Of a DNA stretch of 64,000 nucleotides, positions 50,170-59,894 are shown one piece after another. The stretch is taken from positions 76,720-140,719 of the forward strand of contig JBAZNI010000001.1 in assembly GCA_041649295.1 (NCBI GenBank). The letters are read 5' to 3'. The stretch is from Candidatus Pacearchaeota archaeon. Its GTDB lineage: Archaea > Nanobdellota > Nanobdellia > Pacearchaeales > GW2011-AR1. Position 1 is the stretch's first letter. Each line of letters begins with the position of its first letter. The notes beneath the pieces are model-generated. The model was not told where the DNA came from. It saw only the letters and a list, made by a program, of their open reading frames with translations, and searched no databases. The translations under genes were made by a program, and so were the position numbers.

Positions 50170-50843
50170 TTTTCCTTAATCTCCTCGCTTAAAACACTCC
50201 CATGTGTTGCAGAGTTTAATTTATCATAAAATTCCATTTGCAATCCTGATGGAATATTTAATATTGCTTTTAAATCTCCGTTTGATTTCCATTCTTCAGA
50301 TTCTTTATATGGCTGGATTATTCCATAAGCATATCCTGTATATTGTGCAGGAATTGTTACTAAAATTTTTTTAACAGAAACTTTTATTGGCATAATTAAG
50401 GATAATTTTTCAACAACTTCAGACATCTGGTTTTCAATAGGTTTATTACTTATATTAACCCCAGATTCATCAAGTGCAGTTTCAATTCTTTCTGGGGTAT
50501 ATGGCCTGTTGCTTCTTGGGTCAATAGCATTTCTAACTAAAAAATCAACAACCTGCTTGAATTTTCCTTCTCTTTGCTTTTCTCTGTATTCTGTTGAAAT
50601 TTGTATCTCTCCGTCTTTAATTATTTTTTGAGCAATAATATTTACATCTGTTGTTCCAAATGCCTCTTTAAGTTCTTTTTCACCAGCTCTTTCTCCTTTT
50701 TTTGAATCTGTAAACACTTCATCAAATTCCAAAACTCCGGATATATCCCCTTTTCCGGTTTTTTTAAATGTAAGAGCTTTATCAACATCAACTAGAATTT
50801 CATAATGTTTTCCTTTTGCTTTAATCCTTGCTATATTGCTCAT
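50166..50843 (-). CDS. sdo1: Ribosome maturation factor SBDS/Sdo1
   Basis: VF.D.KKG, FGT.D, DPR...P..P.RIE.A. Confidence 0.95.
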   Translation of the reverse strand: MSNIARIKAKGKHYEILVDVDKALTFKKTGKGDISGVLEFDEVFTDSKKGERAGEKELKEAFGTTDVNIIAQKIIKDGEIQISTEYREKQREGKFKQVVDFLVRNAIDPRSNRPYTPERIETALDESGVNISNKPIENQMSEVVEKLSLIMPIKVSVKKILVTIPAQYTGYAYGIIQPYKESEEWKSNGDLKAILNIPSGLQMEFYDKLNSATHGSVLSEEIKEK

Positions 50844-50851
50844 TTTCGAGA

Positions 50852-51574
50852 CTAAGCATATTGTTTCAAAGAATTGCCTGTAAGTTTCTTAAGCTTTGCT
50901 TCTTTGTTCTCAATATAAGCCACATCAAATCTGCTTAATTCAAAATTCTTTCCTAGGATTTCCTTGAAGATATCTAATGCTAATTTAATCCCTCCATCTA
51001 TATTTAAGTTGTTATTATATTTTAATCTAAGAATTTCTTTTATCCTTTCATCATTTTCTCCTATTGCAATTGCATTATATGAAAAATAATTTCCAGTTAT
51101 GTCTGAAGAAAATACTTTGCCAACTTCATTGTCAATTCCAGCAAAAATTATTGAAACTCCAAAAGGGCGAGCTCCGCCATACTGGGTGTATAACTGCTTC
51201 GTATTTGCAATTTCTCTTGTTATACTTTCAACTTCAATTGGAGAATTATATGTAACTCTGTTTTGCTGTGCAGCAATTCTTGCTTTGTCAATTAATACTC
51301 TTGCATCACTTAATATTCCTGCAGCACTTGCAACAATATGCTCATCAATTTCATAAACTTTGCTTGCAGATTCAGGGGATATAAGCTTGTCATTTACTCT
51401 TCTATCAGAAACTATAACTACTCCATTTTTACATGCAATTCCTATGCTTGAACTTCCTAATCTTACTGTTTTTTCTGCATATTCCACCTGCAATAGATGT
51501 CCATCTGGAGAAAACATAGTCGCAGTTCTGTCATATCCCATTGCCTGGTGCTGAACTTCGCTTGGCATATCCAT
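50852..51574 (-). CDS. psmA: Proteasome alpha subunit
   Basis: GYDR..TMFSPDG.L.QVEYA, YTQYGGARPFGVS. Confidence 0.96.
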   Translation of the reverse strand: MDMPSEVQHQAMGYDRTATMFSPDGHLLQVEYAEKTVRLGSSSIGIACKNGVVIVSDRRVNDKLISPESASKVYEIDEHIVASAAGILSDARVLIDKARIAAQQNRVTYNSPIEVESITREIANTKQLYTQYGGARPFGVSIIFAGIDNEVGKVFSSDITGNYFSYNAIAIGENDERIKEILRLKYNNNLNIDGGIKLALDIFKEILGKNFELSRFDVAYIENKEAKLKKLTGNSLKQYA

Positions 51575-51838
51575 TTTAAAAGATACCTATGGTTTCGTTT
51601 AGAAACTTCCTTTATAAAAAAGTTCTTTTATATTTAGATTTTCTTTCATTATAATCTCCATTTATGAGAAGTTGTATAATAATAGTATTTTTCTCTCTTC
51701 TCTACCCACAAATTATAATTAATTATGGTTTAAAAAGTTTACTATGTTTCGTTCTGTCGTAAACTCGGGACTTTATAATGAAAAATAAAAAGATGTCACA
51801 AGAGGGACTTAATTATTTGGCATATTACTTAATAGGTT

Positions 51839-52072
51839 TTATGTCGGGCATTGGAATAATGTTGGGCATATTTGGCATAGCCATTCTTGTATTATTACTT
51901 GAATTATTAGGAGTATAACTAATACACATAGAATAAAAATAAGAGCACAAACGAGAGATACAATTATCCCCCAATCTTCCTCTAAAAAGATTTTAACAGC
52001 TAAACCAAATAAGAAACCAACAAAAGAGCCAATTAAAATAAATAAGAAAATTATTTCAATAATCATATTCAA
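51839..52072 (-). CDS. Small membrane protein (transposon passenger)
   Basis: 77 aa, two TM segments; start codon uncertain. Confidence 0.45.
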   Translation of the reverse strand: MNMIIEIIFLFILIGSFVGFLFGLAVKIFLEEDWGIIVSLVCALIFILCVLVILLIIQVIIQEWLCQICPTLFQCPT

Positions 52073-52116
52073 TTCCCGCAGAATTGATAATGGCTGGTAA
52101 GTTAAATACTTATCGG

Positions 52117-53307
52117 CTATTTTTTTATACTATTTAATAAAAGTGTATTCCATCTATTCCCCTTAACTTCTATTCCACATCTTTCAGCAGGAGTAAGTTT
52201 ATCCTTTTCAGCTTTCTTTATAAAATTATGGAATACCTTAAATCCGTCTGCATAAGTTTGAGTTTCTGTAACTCCTCTTCTAACTTTTAACATTTCTTTT
52301 TGATGAGTGTGCAAGTTTTCTATTGCATTATTATTTGTTTCGTGTCTATGTCCTTTAATTGATGTAAATTTAATTTTCCTTTCTCTTCCAAAATTTCTAA
52401 ATGTATTCCTGCAACCATCTTCATAACCTTTGTAGCCATCTACAATAATCTGATTAGGCATTTTACCATTCTGTTTATATGCTTCTGTAAAAACCTTTTG
52501 TGCGTCTTTACTCTTTCTACTTCTACCAGAATTAACAGAAGCAAGTAAAAACTTAGTTTGATTATCCATACAATTCCAAACATAATCAAATTCAGAATTT
52601 TGTATTTTAGTCTTTCCTCTTTTAGTTAATACAAGTGTTTCATCAGCGTTCCAAACCCCAGAAGTTTTAGGAGTTAGAGTTTTAGAGTATTTTTCCATAA
52701 CTTCTGTAAATCTTAAAACCCATCTTCTTATTGTTTCGTGGTGTAATTTTAATCCATAAAATTGGTTAAATGTATCTGTAATATCTCTGTAAGATAAGCC
52801 CTTGTAATAACAATCCATAGCAAGACAAACTAATTTAGCATTTCCTTTAATGTATTTAATTGGTTCTAAAACAAATCTTTTTTTACAATCCTTACAGCCA
52901 AATCTTTGCTTATCTCCTGTTTTATCGTGCCTTACCCCTCTCTTGATTAGTTTTGTAGATTTGCAGTAAGGACAGCACTTTTCAGTTGAATTTTCTAAAA
53001 TTAACTCCATCTCTTGTTTTAGAGGTGTTTCTTCTATTTCATAAGCGTTCTTTAACTTTTCAAATAAAAGTATAGCTTTGATATGTTTGCAGTATAAACC
53101 TTTCCCCTTACATCTTAATTCAAAATCTTTGCAGTTACAAGAATAACTATCAAAATGCGTAACTTCATATTTTTTACTGCTATCAAATTGAGATGGAACT
53201 AAGTAAGTATTTTCATCTAAACATTCTGGTTTAGAATGTTCTAAGATTTGTTTTGCTCTTTGCTCTCTATTGTCTGCAAATTGTTTAATATCTTGTGTTG
53301 TTTCCAT
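52117..53307 (-). CDS. IS6-family-like DDE transposase with SWIM finger and Zn ribbon
   Basis: CNC...CKH (SWIM), CPYC..C.DC, HETIRRW HTH, WNADET / IVDG / NNAIENLH. Confidence 0.9.
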   Translation of the reverse strand: METTQDIKQFADNREQRAKQILEHSKPECLDENTYLVPSQFDSSKKYEVTHFDSYSCNCKDFELRCKGKGLYCKHIKAILLFEKLKNAYEIEETPLKQEMELILENSTEKCCPYCKSTKLIKRGVRHDKTGDKQRFGCKDCKKRFVLEPIKYIKGNAKLVCLAMDCYYKGLSYRDITDTFNQFYGLKLHHETIRRWVLRFTEVMEKYSKTLTPKTSGVWNADETLVLTKRGKTKIQNSEFDYVWNCMDNQTKFLLASVNSGRSRKSKDAQKVFTEAYKQNGKMPNQIIVDGYKGYEDGCRNTFRNFGRERKIKFTSIKGHRHETNNNAIENLHTHQKEMLKVRRGVTETQTYADGFKVFHNFIKKAEKDKLTPAERCGIEVKGNRWNTLLLNSIKK

Positions 53308-53406
53308 AGTATTATATAATACTTGTAGTATTTAAACATTATGGTAATTAGGTAGTATATACTACTTTATACAAATGTTTATAAAGCAATAATACTATAA
53401 TTCTAT

Positions 53407-53538
53407 ATGGAAAAAAAGACTACATCTATTAAAATTAATCCTGAATTATGGCAAGATGTTAAGATACATTGTATTAAGGAAAAAACTGATATTTCTGATT
53501 GGTTAGAGAAGATTATTAAAGAAAATTTGAAAAATAAT
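53407..53538 (+). CDS. Small ribbon-helix-helix-like protein
   Basis: Manual: MEKKTTSIKINPELWQDVKIHCIKEKTDISDWLEKIIKENLKK*. Confidence 0.7.
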
Positions 53539-53654
53539 AAAGATAATAAGAGTAAATCTTATACAAAAATGTTTTGATTACCATTTTTAGATTAATATTA
53601 TATTATATAATATAAAACAAAAGATTTAAATAATATGATTTATATGTTTTATTT

Positions 53655-53915
53655 ATGACAGAGATTATGGATTTAAAAAAATTGAAAAAGAAAAAGAAAA
53701 CCGCAATAAGCATAACTATTAATTCTGAAAATTTAGATTTTTTAAAAGAAGATATGAAGAGAGAAGGTGTTGCGGATATGCCACTATCTTTAGTATTTGA
53801 TAATCTACTTGCAGACTTTGTTAATTATAGAAAATTGCAATTTAAAATAGAAGAGCAAAAAAACCTTAAGGGGAAATCAGGTGAAGATGAACATACAAAT
53901 AAAAAAGAGCAATAA
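53655..53915 (+). CDS. RHH/CopG-like protein
   Basis: KTAISITINSENLDFL...LSLVFDNLL. Confidence 0.6.
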   Translation: MTEIMDLKKLKKKKKTAISITINSENLDFLKEDMKREGVADMPLSLVFDNLLADFVNYRKLQFKIEEQKNLKGKSGEDEHTNKKEQ

Positions 53916-53980
53916 AATAATCAGCATTTCTAAAAATAGAAATTATTTAGTTGGAACTTAATAATTAGAATGCTGACAAT

Positions 53981-54068
53981 GAGGGCGTAGCTTAGCCAGT
54001 TAGAGCATTCGGCTGTTATCTGCAGGATAGACACCGAAATGTCGTGGGTTAAAATCCCACCGCCCTCA
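53981..54068 (+). tRNA. tRNA with GTT (Asn) anticodon and 14-nt intron, atypical loops
   Basis: GAGGGCG/CGCCCTC-A; TTCGG-CTGTTA[TCTGCAGGATAGAC]A-CCGAA; GTGGG-TTAAAAT-CCCAC. Confidence 0.85.
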
Positions 54069-54239
54069 TTATCACTCACCATCGCGATGGATTGGTGAAT
54101 ATAAGTAGTTAGACTTAATAGAAATATTATTTAAACCTTTTGATTTTAGAGAATTATTACAGCCATTAAAGTAACCCAATAGTTTTTTCATTTCAACCTC
54201 TTATTACTATTAATATTATGATAACAATACTTATAAATG

Positions 54240-54419
54240 TTACTTTTTGTTTCCATTTTGTTTTTTAATTCTTATTGCCTCTTTTATTTTTGGTAGATTA
54301 ATACACGCTTTTATCATTTTTTTGAGTGCAATCTTTTTGTTCTTTTCATCTTCAAGAAACATAAATGCGGATAGTATTTCATTTTCTTCGTCGTCGAGTT
54401 CTATTTGTATATGTTTCAT
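54240..54419 (-). CDS. Small RHH-like protein
   Basis: Manual: MKHIQIELDDEENEILSAFMFLEDEKNKKIALKKMIK..., 59 aa. Confidence 0.55.
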   Translation of the reverse strand: MKHIQIELDDEENEILSAFMFLEDEKNKKIALKKMIKACINLPKIKEAIRIKKQNGNKK

Positions 54420-54544
54420 AAGGAGATAACTCTTTCTCCTTTTAAATATCTATCGGATATTATTATATCTATTAGATATAATTGCTATAAATACTTTTCG
54501 GTTTTAAAACACAAAGATTAAAACTACCAATAATCTATATTTTT

Positions 54545-54889
54545 ATGGGAATTTTCAAAAAGTTAGAGGATTTTTTTACATTACCCAATACTTATGAAGA
54601 ATTACAACAAACAGGAAAGATAGTTACACAGAAAGTAAGTAGGGCTTTATTAATTCACGATTTAGCTTGGAATTATTTGATTTTTAATCATAAAAATAAG
54701 TTCTCTTATTATCCCAATTCATATAGTGTAAATGAATATAATAATGAAATTATATTCAATGGAGAGTTTAATATTAAGTCAAAAAAAGAAGATATATATG
54801 TAAAACTTGAAATTAATGGAGAGAAAAAAGACTTTAAAATTATTCTTATTAAAGAACCAAGAAGTAAAGAAGCTCAAAAATTAAACTAA
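54545..54889 (+). CDS. Hypothetical protein (transposon passenger)
   Basis: 114 aa, stop abuts the right sub-terminal repeat. Confidence 0.55.
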   Translation: MGIFKKLEDFFTLPNTYEELQQTGKIVTQKVSRALLIHDLAWNYLIFNHKNKFSYYPNSYSVNEYNNEIIFNGEFNIKSKKEDIYVKLEINGEKKDFKIILIKEPRSKEAQKLN

Positions 54890-55004
54890 GTCCCTAATGC
54901 GACACTCAAATTCAAGTCCCCAATCTGCGACAGAACCACTATGTTTGGTTTTGTGTGAAATTACAATAATATTTAAATACCCACTTATAATTTTTGTGTT
55001 TAAG

Positions 55005-55409
55005 ATGGCAACAATCCCAGAACCGTGTGAAACAAGAAAAAAGGCTTTAGTAGGACTTCATTATGCCCCTATAAAACCATTTATAGGGCGAGCATTAAAA
55101 AGGTTCGGGTATGAAGTTGATATTGTTTCATCTCCAGATGATATGATTGATAAAACCACAGGAACGGAGTATGATTTTTATTTAATGGAGGCAAATCTTG
55201 GAACTCCTGGAGGAACAGATATAACCCCCTCCCTAACTATATATAAATTAGTAGAGGAGCGGGTTAAATCTAGAAAGGCAAAGTTTTTAGCAGTTTCAGG
55301 GAATTATCAAACTGTCGATATTGCCAAAAGAAACGGAATTCCTGCAAGACCTAGCGGAGATGTTTTTATGAATCTGTTTGATTCACTAAGTAAAATTTTA
55401 AGCGATTAA
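55005..55409 (+). CDS. Hypothetical, degenerate receiver-domain-like protein
   Basis: Likely start MATIPEP; GYEVDIV...YDFYLMEANLG...G pattern. Confidence 0.45.
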   Translation: MATIPEPCETRKKALVGLHYAPIKPFIGRALKRFGYEVDIVSSPDDMIDKTTGTEYDFYLMEANLGTPGGTDITPSLTIYKLVEERVKSRKAKFLAVSGNYQTVDIAKRNGIPARPSGDVFMNLFDSLSKILSD

Positions 55410-55430
55410 GTTCTTTATTAAATTTAAGCT

Positions 55431-55691
55431 TCATTTTTTTAATCCCTTTAAAGTTCCGCTTACTTTTTTTACCTTTATACTGGTGTTTAGAACAAAACTT
55501 CCCCGCACTTTGTTGATTTCACTTCTATTTATAGATAAAATCTTGTTTGAAATCCATGCAGGTGATGCCTTTGAATATCCTAAAATTCCAATGTATCTCA
55601 TAATTGCCTCTTCAACTTGCTTTTTTGTGAAATTTCCTTCTAATAGTAAATATCTTTTTTTCTCCCGAAAAGAAGGATTTAATGGTTTCAT
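55431..55691 (-). CDS. pop5: RNase P protein Pop5/Rpp14
   Basis: MKPL.PS.REKKRY, G.LG..KA, VSGTLK; exosome cluster context. Confidence 0.88.
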   Translation of the reverse strand: MKPLNPSFREKKRYLLLEGNFTKKQVEEAIMRYIGILGYSKASPAWISNKILSINRSEINKVRGSFVLNTSIKVKKVSGTLKGLKK

Positions 55692-55909
55692 AATATCTTC
55701 AATAAAATAGGATAATTAAATGTTTTGATGTAATTATTATTCATATTCTCTTTTTTTATTTATAAATAATTAAGATAAACAAAAGTAGCTACTAGACTAC
55801 CAAATACATCAATAAAATATTGTCTCCAACATTAACAACCTTTCCTTATTACATTAACCCTGCCTTTTTATATCGAAATGTTTAAATCGCTTTACTATTT
55901 TAATAACAG

Positions 55910-56551
55910 ATGCCAAAACCAATTATTGCAACAACTCTTTCAGGATTATTTGTAAAAAATTCTCCATGGGATAAAGCTCATGTTGTCTGGTTTCATGATG
56001 CTTCTGCAAAATTAAAAGATGATGAAGTATTAAATTGGATAGACAAACCAAATTATTTTGATGGAGTAGATGAAGTTATGAATAAACTTTATCCACATCT
56101 TACAAATTCTGATAAAACAATAAAAGCAAGGGAAACATTTTTTGATTCTGTGTGCAAATATATCTTGCAAAATCCATCTGTAAAAAATTCAGATGTAATC
56201 ACATATTTTGAATCTATAAGAAGAAAATATAGAATTGCACTTATAACAACAAATACAAAAGATGCAACTGATAAAATTCTTAAAACACTTAATATGCAGA
56301 GATTTTTTGATATAATCGAGTGTTCAAAACCAGAAGAAAAAGACAACAAGCGTTCTGTATTTGACAGGTTTATTGAAAAATACGGAAAGCCGGAAATTTA
56401 CATAGGCGGAGGAAGAAGAGACAGTTATGATTATTGCAAGGAAAAAGGAATAAAAAGAGTTTTTGCAAATTTTGAGTCAGGAGAAGAAATCGAGGACGTA
56501 AAAACAATCCATACTTTAGCATCATTAAGGGAAATTCTTGAAGGGATTTAA
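55910..56551 (+). CDS. HAD-like protein with degenerate motif I
   Basis: IATTLSGLF replaces DxDGT; ALITT, YIGG...S. Confidence 0.6.
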   Translation: MPKPIIATTLSGLFVKNSPWDKAHVVWFHDASAKLKDDEVLNWIDKPNYFDGVDEVMNKLYPHLTNSDKTIKARETFFDSVCKYILQNPSVKNSDVITYFESIRRKYRIALITTNTKDATDKILKTLNMQRFFDIIECSKPEEKDNKRSVFDRFIEKYGKPEIYIGGGRRDSYDYCKEKGIKRVFANFESGEEIEDVKTIHTLASLREILEGI

Positions 56552-57459
56552 TCTGTTACTTCTAAAAAGATACTACATAGACAAAAGATTTAAAAATGAC
56601 TTTATCATACAAAGAACATGGCAGAACCAGAATATGGAGTAATTGAACCAGGAACAATTGAACCAGGAACAATAATTAAAGTTCCGCATAAACAAAAACC
56701 AATAGTAGTAAGTGTTTTTGGACCAAATGGATACTTGGAAAATGTTAAAGAAATGCGAAGACATTTTTCTTGCCTACCATATTATACTGATATAACTTTT
56801 AGGCCAGCTACAACATCTGAATCTATTTCAGCATCAGTTTATGATTTTAAGAATTTAGCAAGACCGCGAATTTTTGATTCAGAAGGGCTTCAGATAGGAA
56901 GAATCACAAGAACTTCAGAGGGTGTTTTTGCAAATGCTTTAGATGAAAACAGCAACCCAATAGTAGATGAATCTGTTTTGAAAAATTTATTAAATGAATG
57001 TAAAAATATTAATGGAATTTGGCTTTATCAAGGTGACAATCCTAATTTAAGAGATTTTGGTTTTGCGCCTTATGATACTTTTAAACAAAGTGAGCTAGAT
57101 GCTGGGCAAGATGCTGGAGATTTTGTAGAAGAGGGGTTAGCAAGAGTATTAGAACATACTGAAGGGTGTGCTGTTAGTCTCCAACAAATAGCATCTAGAA
57201 AAAATTATTCTATGGGAGTTGGTGTTGATAGATTTGATAGTGTTAAAGAACCAGTTCAAAGGGTTGCCTCTTTGTCTTCCGGCTGGGGTAATATGGATAT
57301 CGATTGGTTGGCTGTTGGTGGCGACAACAGGGACATGTATGACGATGGTTATGCTTTTGGGGTATTGGAAAAAGACGCCGAAGGCGTTGCAAAAAATTTT
57401 TAATAAGATTTAATATGTTACTTCTAAAAAGATACTACATAGACAAAAGATTTAAAAAT
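56545..57459 (+). repeat. 53-bp direct repeat (56545-56597, 57407-57459) preceding each of two DGR-type genes
   Basis: GATTTAAT(C/A)TGTTACTTCTAAAAAGATACTACATAGACAAAAGATTTAAAAAT, one mismatch; ends in a BRE/TATA-like sequence. Confidence 0.9.
56618..57403 (+). CDS. Putative DGR-type target protein
   Basis: G-rich, A-poor 3' segment RVASLSSGWGNMDIDWLAVGGDNRDMYDDGYAFGV followed by ACGCC-GAA-GGCGT hairpin. Confidence 0.7.
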   Translation: MAEPEYGVIEPGTIEPGTIIKVPHKQKPIVVSVFGPNGYLENVKEMRRHFSCLPYYTDITFRPATTSESISASVYDFKNLARPRIFDSEGLQIGRITRTSEGVFANALDENSNPIVDESVLKNLLNECKNINGIWLYQGDNPNLRDFGFAPYDTFKQSELDAGQDAGDFVEEGLARVLEHTEGCAVSLQQIASRKNYSMGVGVDRFDSVKEPVQRVASLSSGWGNMDIDWLAVGGDNRDMYDDGYAFGVLEKDAEGVAKNF

Positions 57460-57479
57460 ATCTCTTTTTTAATAGAACT

Positions 57480-58307
57480 ATGGCACAAATAATAGAAGAA
57501 TGCACACTGCCAGATGGAAGAAGAGTTTATCGAGCAGAAGCTCCGCTTGATGAACAATTAAAATTATTCAAGGAAAAAGGAATTAGATACCCTATTAGCA
57601 TTAGAGATATGGCTTATGGAAGAAGTAATGGAAAGTTAATGAAAGGAACAAGAACATGCCACGCGCCTATTTATGCTCCAAACTCTGAAGTTGTTGTTGC
57701 AATGGTTTCTCCATTAGTGAAAAATCAAGAATTAGCTGAACAGGCAGTTCAAGCTCATAAAGAGAATAGATGGTTTGTTCGATCAGTAAAACTTTATGAA
57801 ACATTCAGAGAACAAGCTGAAATAGACAAAGACAAATCTCCTGAAAAAAGAAGAGCAGTTATTCTTCCTTCAAGACAAACATTTTATTTAGGAGGAGATT
57901 CGTATGTATCAGAAACATTATTTCGAGATATGAGAGAAAGATATTTTAATGATTTTGCTAAGAGAGAAAAATTAAAGTTTTTCCTTATTCCTAAAGGAGA
58001 TGTGGATTCTTTGCCTGAAGATAAATGCATATTAAACTATCTGTGGTTTGGTAGTGCTGACTATGACTCCGGCGTTGACGGCGACAGGGGCCTTAATTGC
58101 AGTAGTAGGGCTTTTGGGGTGTCTGAAAGTGCGCCGAAGGCGCACGCGCGAAAAAAATTACTACCAAGAGTAACCTCGCCATATTCTCCAAAACAATTAG
58201 CTGGCAGTTTAAAAATTGTTCAAGGAGTTAGATCTGGAAATTTACCTGCATTAAAACTTGAAAAAGTTGTAGAATTTCTTGCTGGATTAGAAAATAATAA
58301 AAGCTAG
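57480..58307 (+). CDS. Putative DGR-type target protein
   Basis: LWFGSADYDSGVDGDRGLNCSSRAFGV followed by GTGCGCC-GAA-GGCGCAC hairpin. Confidence 0.7.
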   Translation: MAQIIEECTLPDGRRVYRAEAPLDEQLKLFKEKGIRYPISIRDMAYGRSNGKLMKGTRTCHAPIYAPNSEVVVAMVSPLVKNQELAEQAVQAHKENRWFVRSVKLYETFREQAEIDKDKSPEKRRAVILPSRQTFYLGGDSYVSETLFRDMRERYFNDFAKREKLKFFLIPKGDVDSLPEDKCILNYLWFGSADYDSGVDGDRGLNCSSRAFGVSESAPKAHARKKLLPRVTSPYSPKQLAGSLKIVQGVRSGNLPALKLEKVVEFLAGLENNKS

Positions 58308-58495
58308 GTTTTGTATTTATCTTTGCCTCGATTAAAGAGGCCACATGCTATTTTGTTAGCATATTATATAGTTTTCAAGGCTGGAAAGCTTATGTAACTT
58401 AGTCAGATAGCAGAGGTTTAATTGACAAATTTGAAAGTAAAAATTTCCTCTGCAAACATATTTAAACTTATTTCAGGTTTTAATCTTGATTTAAG

Positions 58496-59833
58496 ATGTT
58501 TAAAGTTTATACAATCGGAGGTTACAGTGAAGTTGGAAAAAATATGACTGCTATTGAATTAGGAGAGGATATTATCGTTTTTGACTGCGGGTTGTATATG
58601 CCTGCAGTTGTAGACTTGCAGGAAACAACAAAACAGCCGACAGCTCATTTGCTTAACAGTGTTGGAGCTTTTCCAGACGATTCTTTTCTTGAAAAAAACA
58701 AGCACAGGGTAAGAGCTTTTTTAATTTCGCACGCTCACCTTGACCATGTAGGTGCTGTTCAGTATATTGCAAAAAAATACCCTGAAGCAGAAATATTCGG
58801 GACACCATTTACAATCGAGGTTCTTAAAACACTTTTAGAAGATACAAAAACAACATTAAAAAATAAGATAACTGTGATTAATCAAGATGCATCTTGTTTT
58901 ATAAAAGGAAGAAATAGAAAATATAGGGCAGAATTTATTTCAATGACTCACTCAACACTTCAGACTTCTATTGTGGCATTGCATACTGACAGCGGAATTA
59001 TTGCCTATGCAGAAGATTTTAAATTAGATAACACTCCGATACTTGGAAACCCCCCAAATTACAAGCGTTTAAAAGAAATTGCAAAACAAGGAATTAAACT
59101 TTTGATAGTTGATTCATTATATTCTTCAGATGACTATAAAACTCCAAGTGAAAAAATTGCAAGAGCATTAGTAGAGGAAGTTTTGCTTACTGTAGATAAT
59201 GAAAACCGCGGGATTTTTGTAACAACATTCTCCTCGCATATTGCAAGATTGAAAAGCATTGTTGAATTTTCTAGGAAACTAAACAGGAAAGTTATTTTTG
59301 TAGGAAGAAGCCTTTCAAAATATGTGAATGCTGCAAAAAAAATTAAAATGTGCCCTTTTGAAAAAGACATTGAGCTGGTAAGCTACACAAAACAAATTGA
59401 ATCTGCTTTGAAAAAAGTTGAAAAAGACAGGGCAAAATATGTTGTTGTCTGCACAGGGCATCAAGGAGAGCCTGGAAGTGTGCTGGACAGAATAGCATCA
59501 GGTAAACTGCAATTTAATTTTAAAAAAGGAGACAGTGTAATATTCTCCTCAAAAGTGATACCAATTCCAATTAACATGTCTAATAGAGCAAATATGGAAA
59601 AAAAACTTAAGAAGTATGATGTAAGGATATTTGACCATGTCCATGTTTCAGGGCACGGAGGAAGAGAGGATATAAGAGATTTAATTAATCTGTTAAAGCC
59701 AAAATATATTATTCCTGCTCACGGAAGTCTTGACCAAATTTCACCAGCAATAGAACTTGCAAGGGAAATGGGCTATGAATTGAACAAGACAGCTTTCTTA
59801 TGCCAGGATGGAAGCAAAGTTGTAATAAACTAA
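58496..59833 (+). CDS. rnj: Ribonuclease J
   Basis: GG.SEVGKNMT, SHAHLDHVGA, TGHQGEPGS, HVSGHG, IPAHG. Confidence 0.95.
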   Translation: MFKVYTIGGYSEVGKNMTAIELGEDIIVFDCGLYMPAVVDLQETTKQPTAHLLNSVGAFPDDSFLEKNKHRVRAFLISHAHLDHVGAVQYIAKKYPEAEIFGTPFTIEVLKTLLEDTKTTLKNKITVINQDASCFIKGRNRKYRAEFISMTHSTLQTSIVALHTDSGIIAYAEDFKLDNTPILGNPPNYKRLKEIAKQGIKLLIVDSLYSSDDYKTPSEKIARALVEEVLLTVDNENRGIFVTTFSSHIARLKSIVEFSRKLNRKVIFVGRSLSKYVNAAKKIKMCPFEKDIELVSYTKQIESALKKVEKDRAKYVVVCTGHQGEPGSVLDRIASGKLQFNFKKGDSVIFSSKVIPIPINMSNRANMEKKLKKYDVRIFDHVHVSGHGGREDIRDLINLLKPKYIIPAHGSLDQISPAIELAREMGYELNKTAFLCQDGSKVVIN

Positions 59834-59894
59834 ACTTTATGATTTTTGCATATTGCATAAAAAGACTTTTATATTGAAGTTTCTTGTATTGTTT

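Larger units (their letters stand above)
51750..54937. mobile_element. IS6-like transposon with passenger genes and tRNA
   Basis: Imperfect TIRs CGTTCTGTCGTAAACTCGGGAC / (rc) GGTTCTGTCGCAGATTGGGGAC; direct repeat ACTATGTTT at 51741-51749 and 54938-54946. Confidence 0.9.

Noticed and set aside
51805..51838. dif/Xer-like site at transposon left end
   Set aside because: No convincing 11-6-11 symmetry; explained by sub-terminal repeat and AT-rich DNA.
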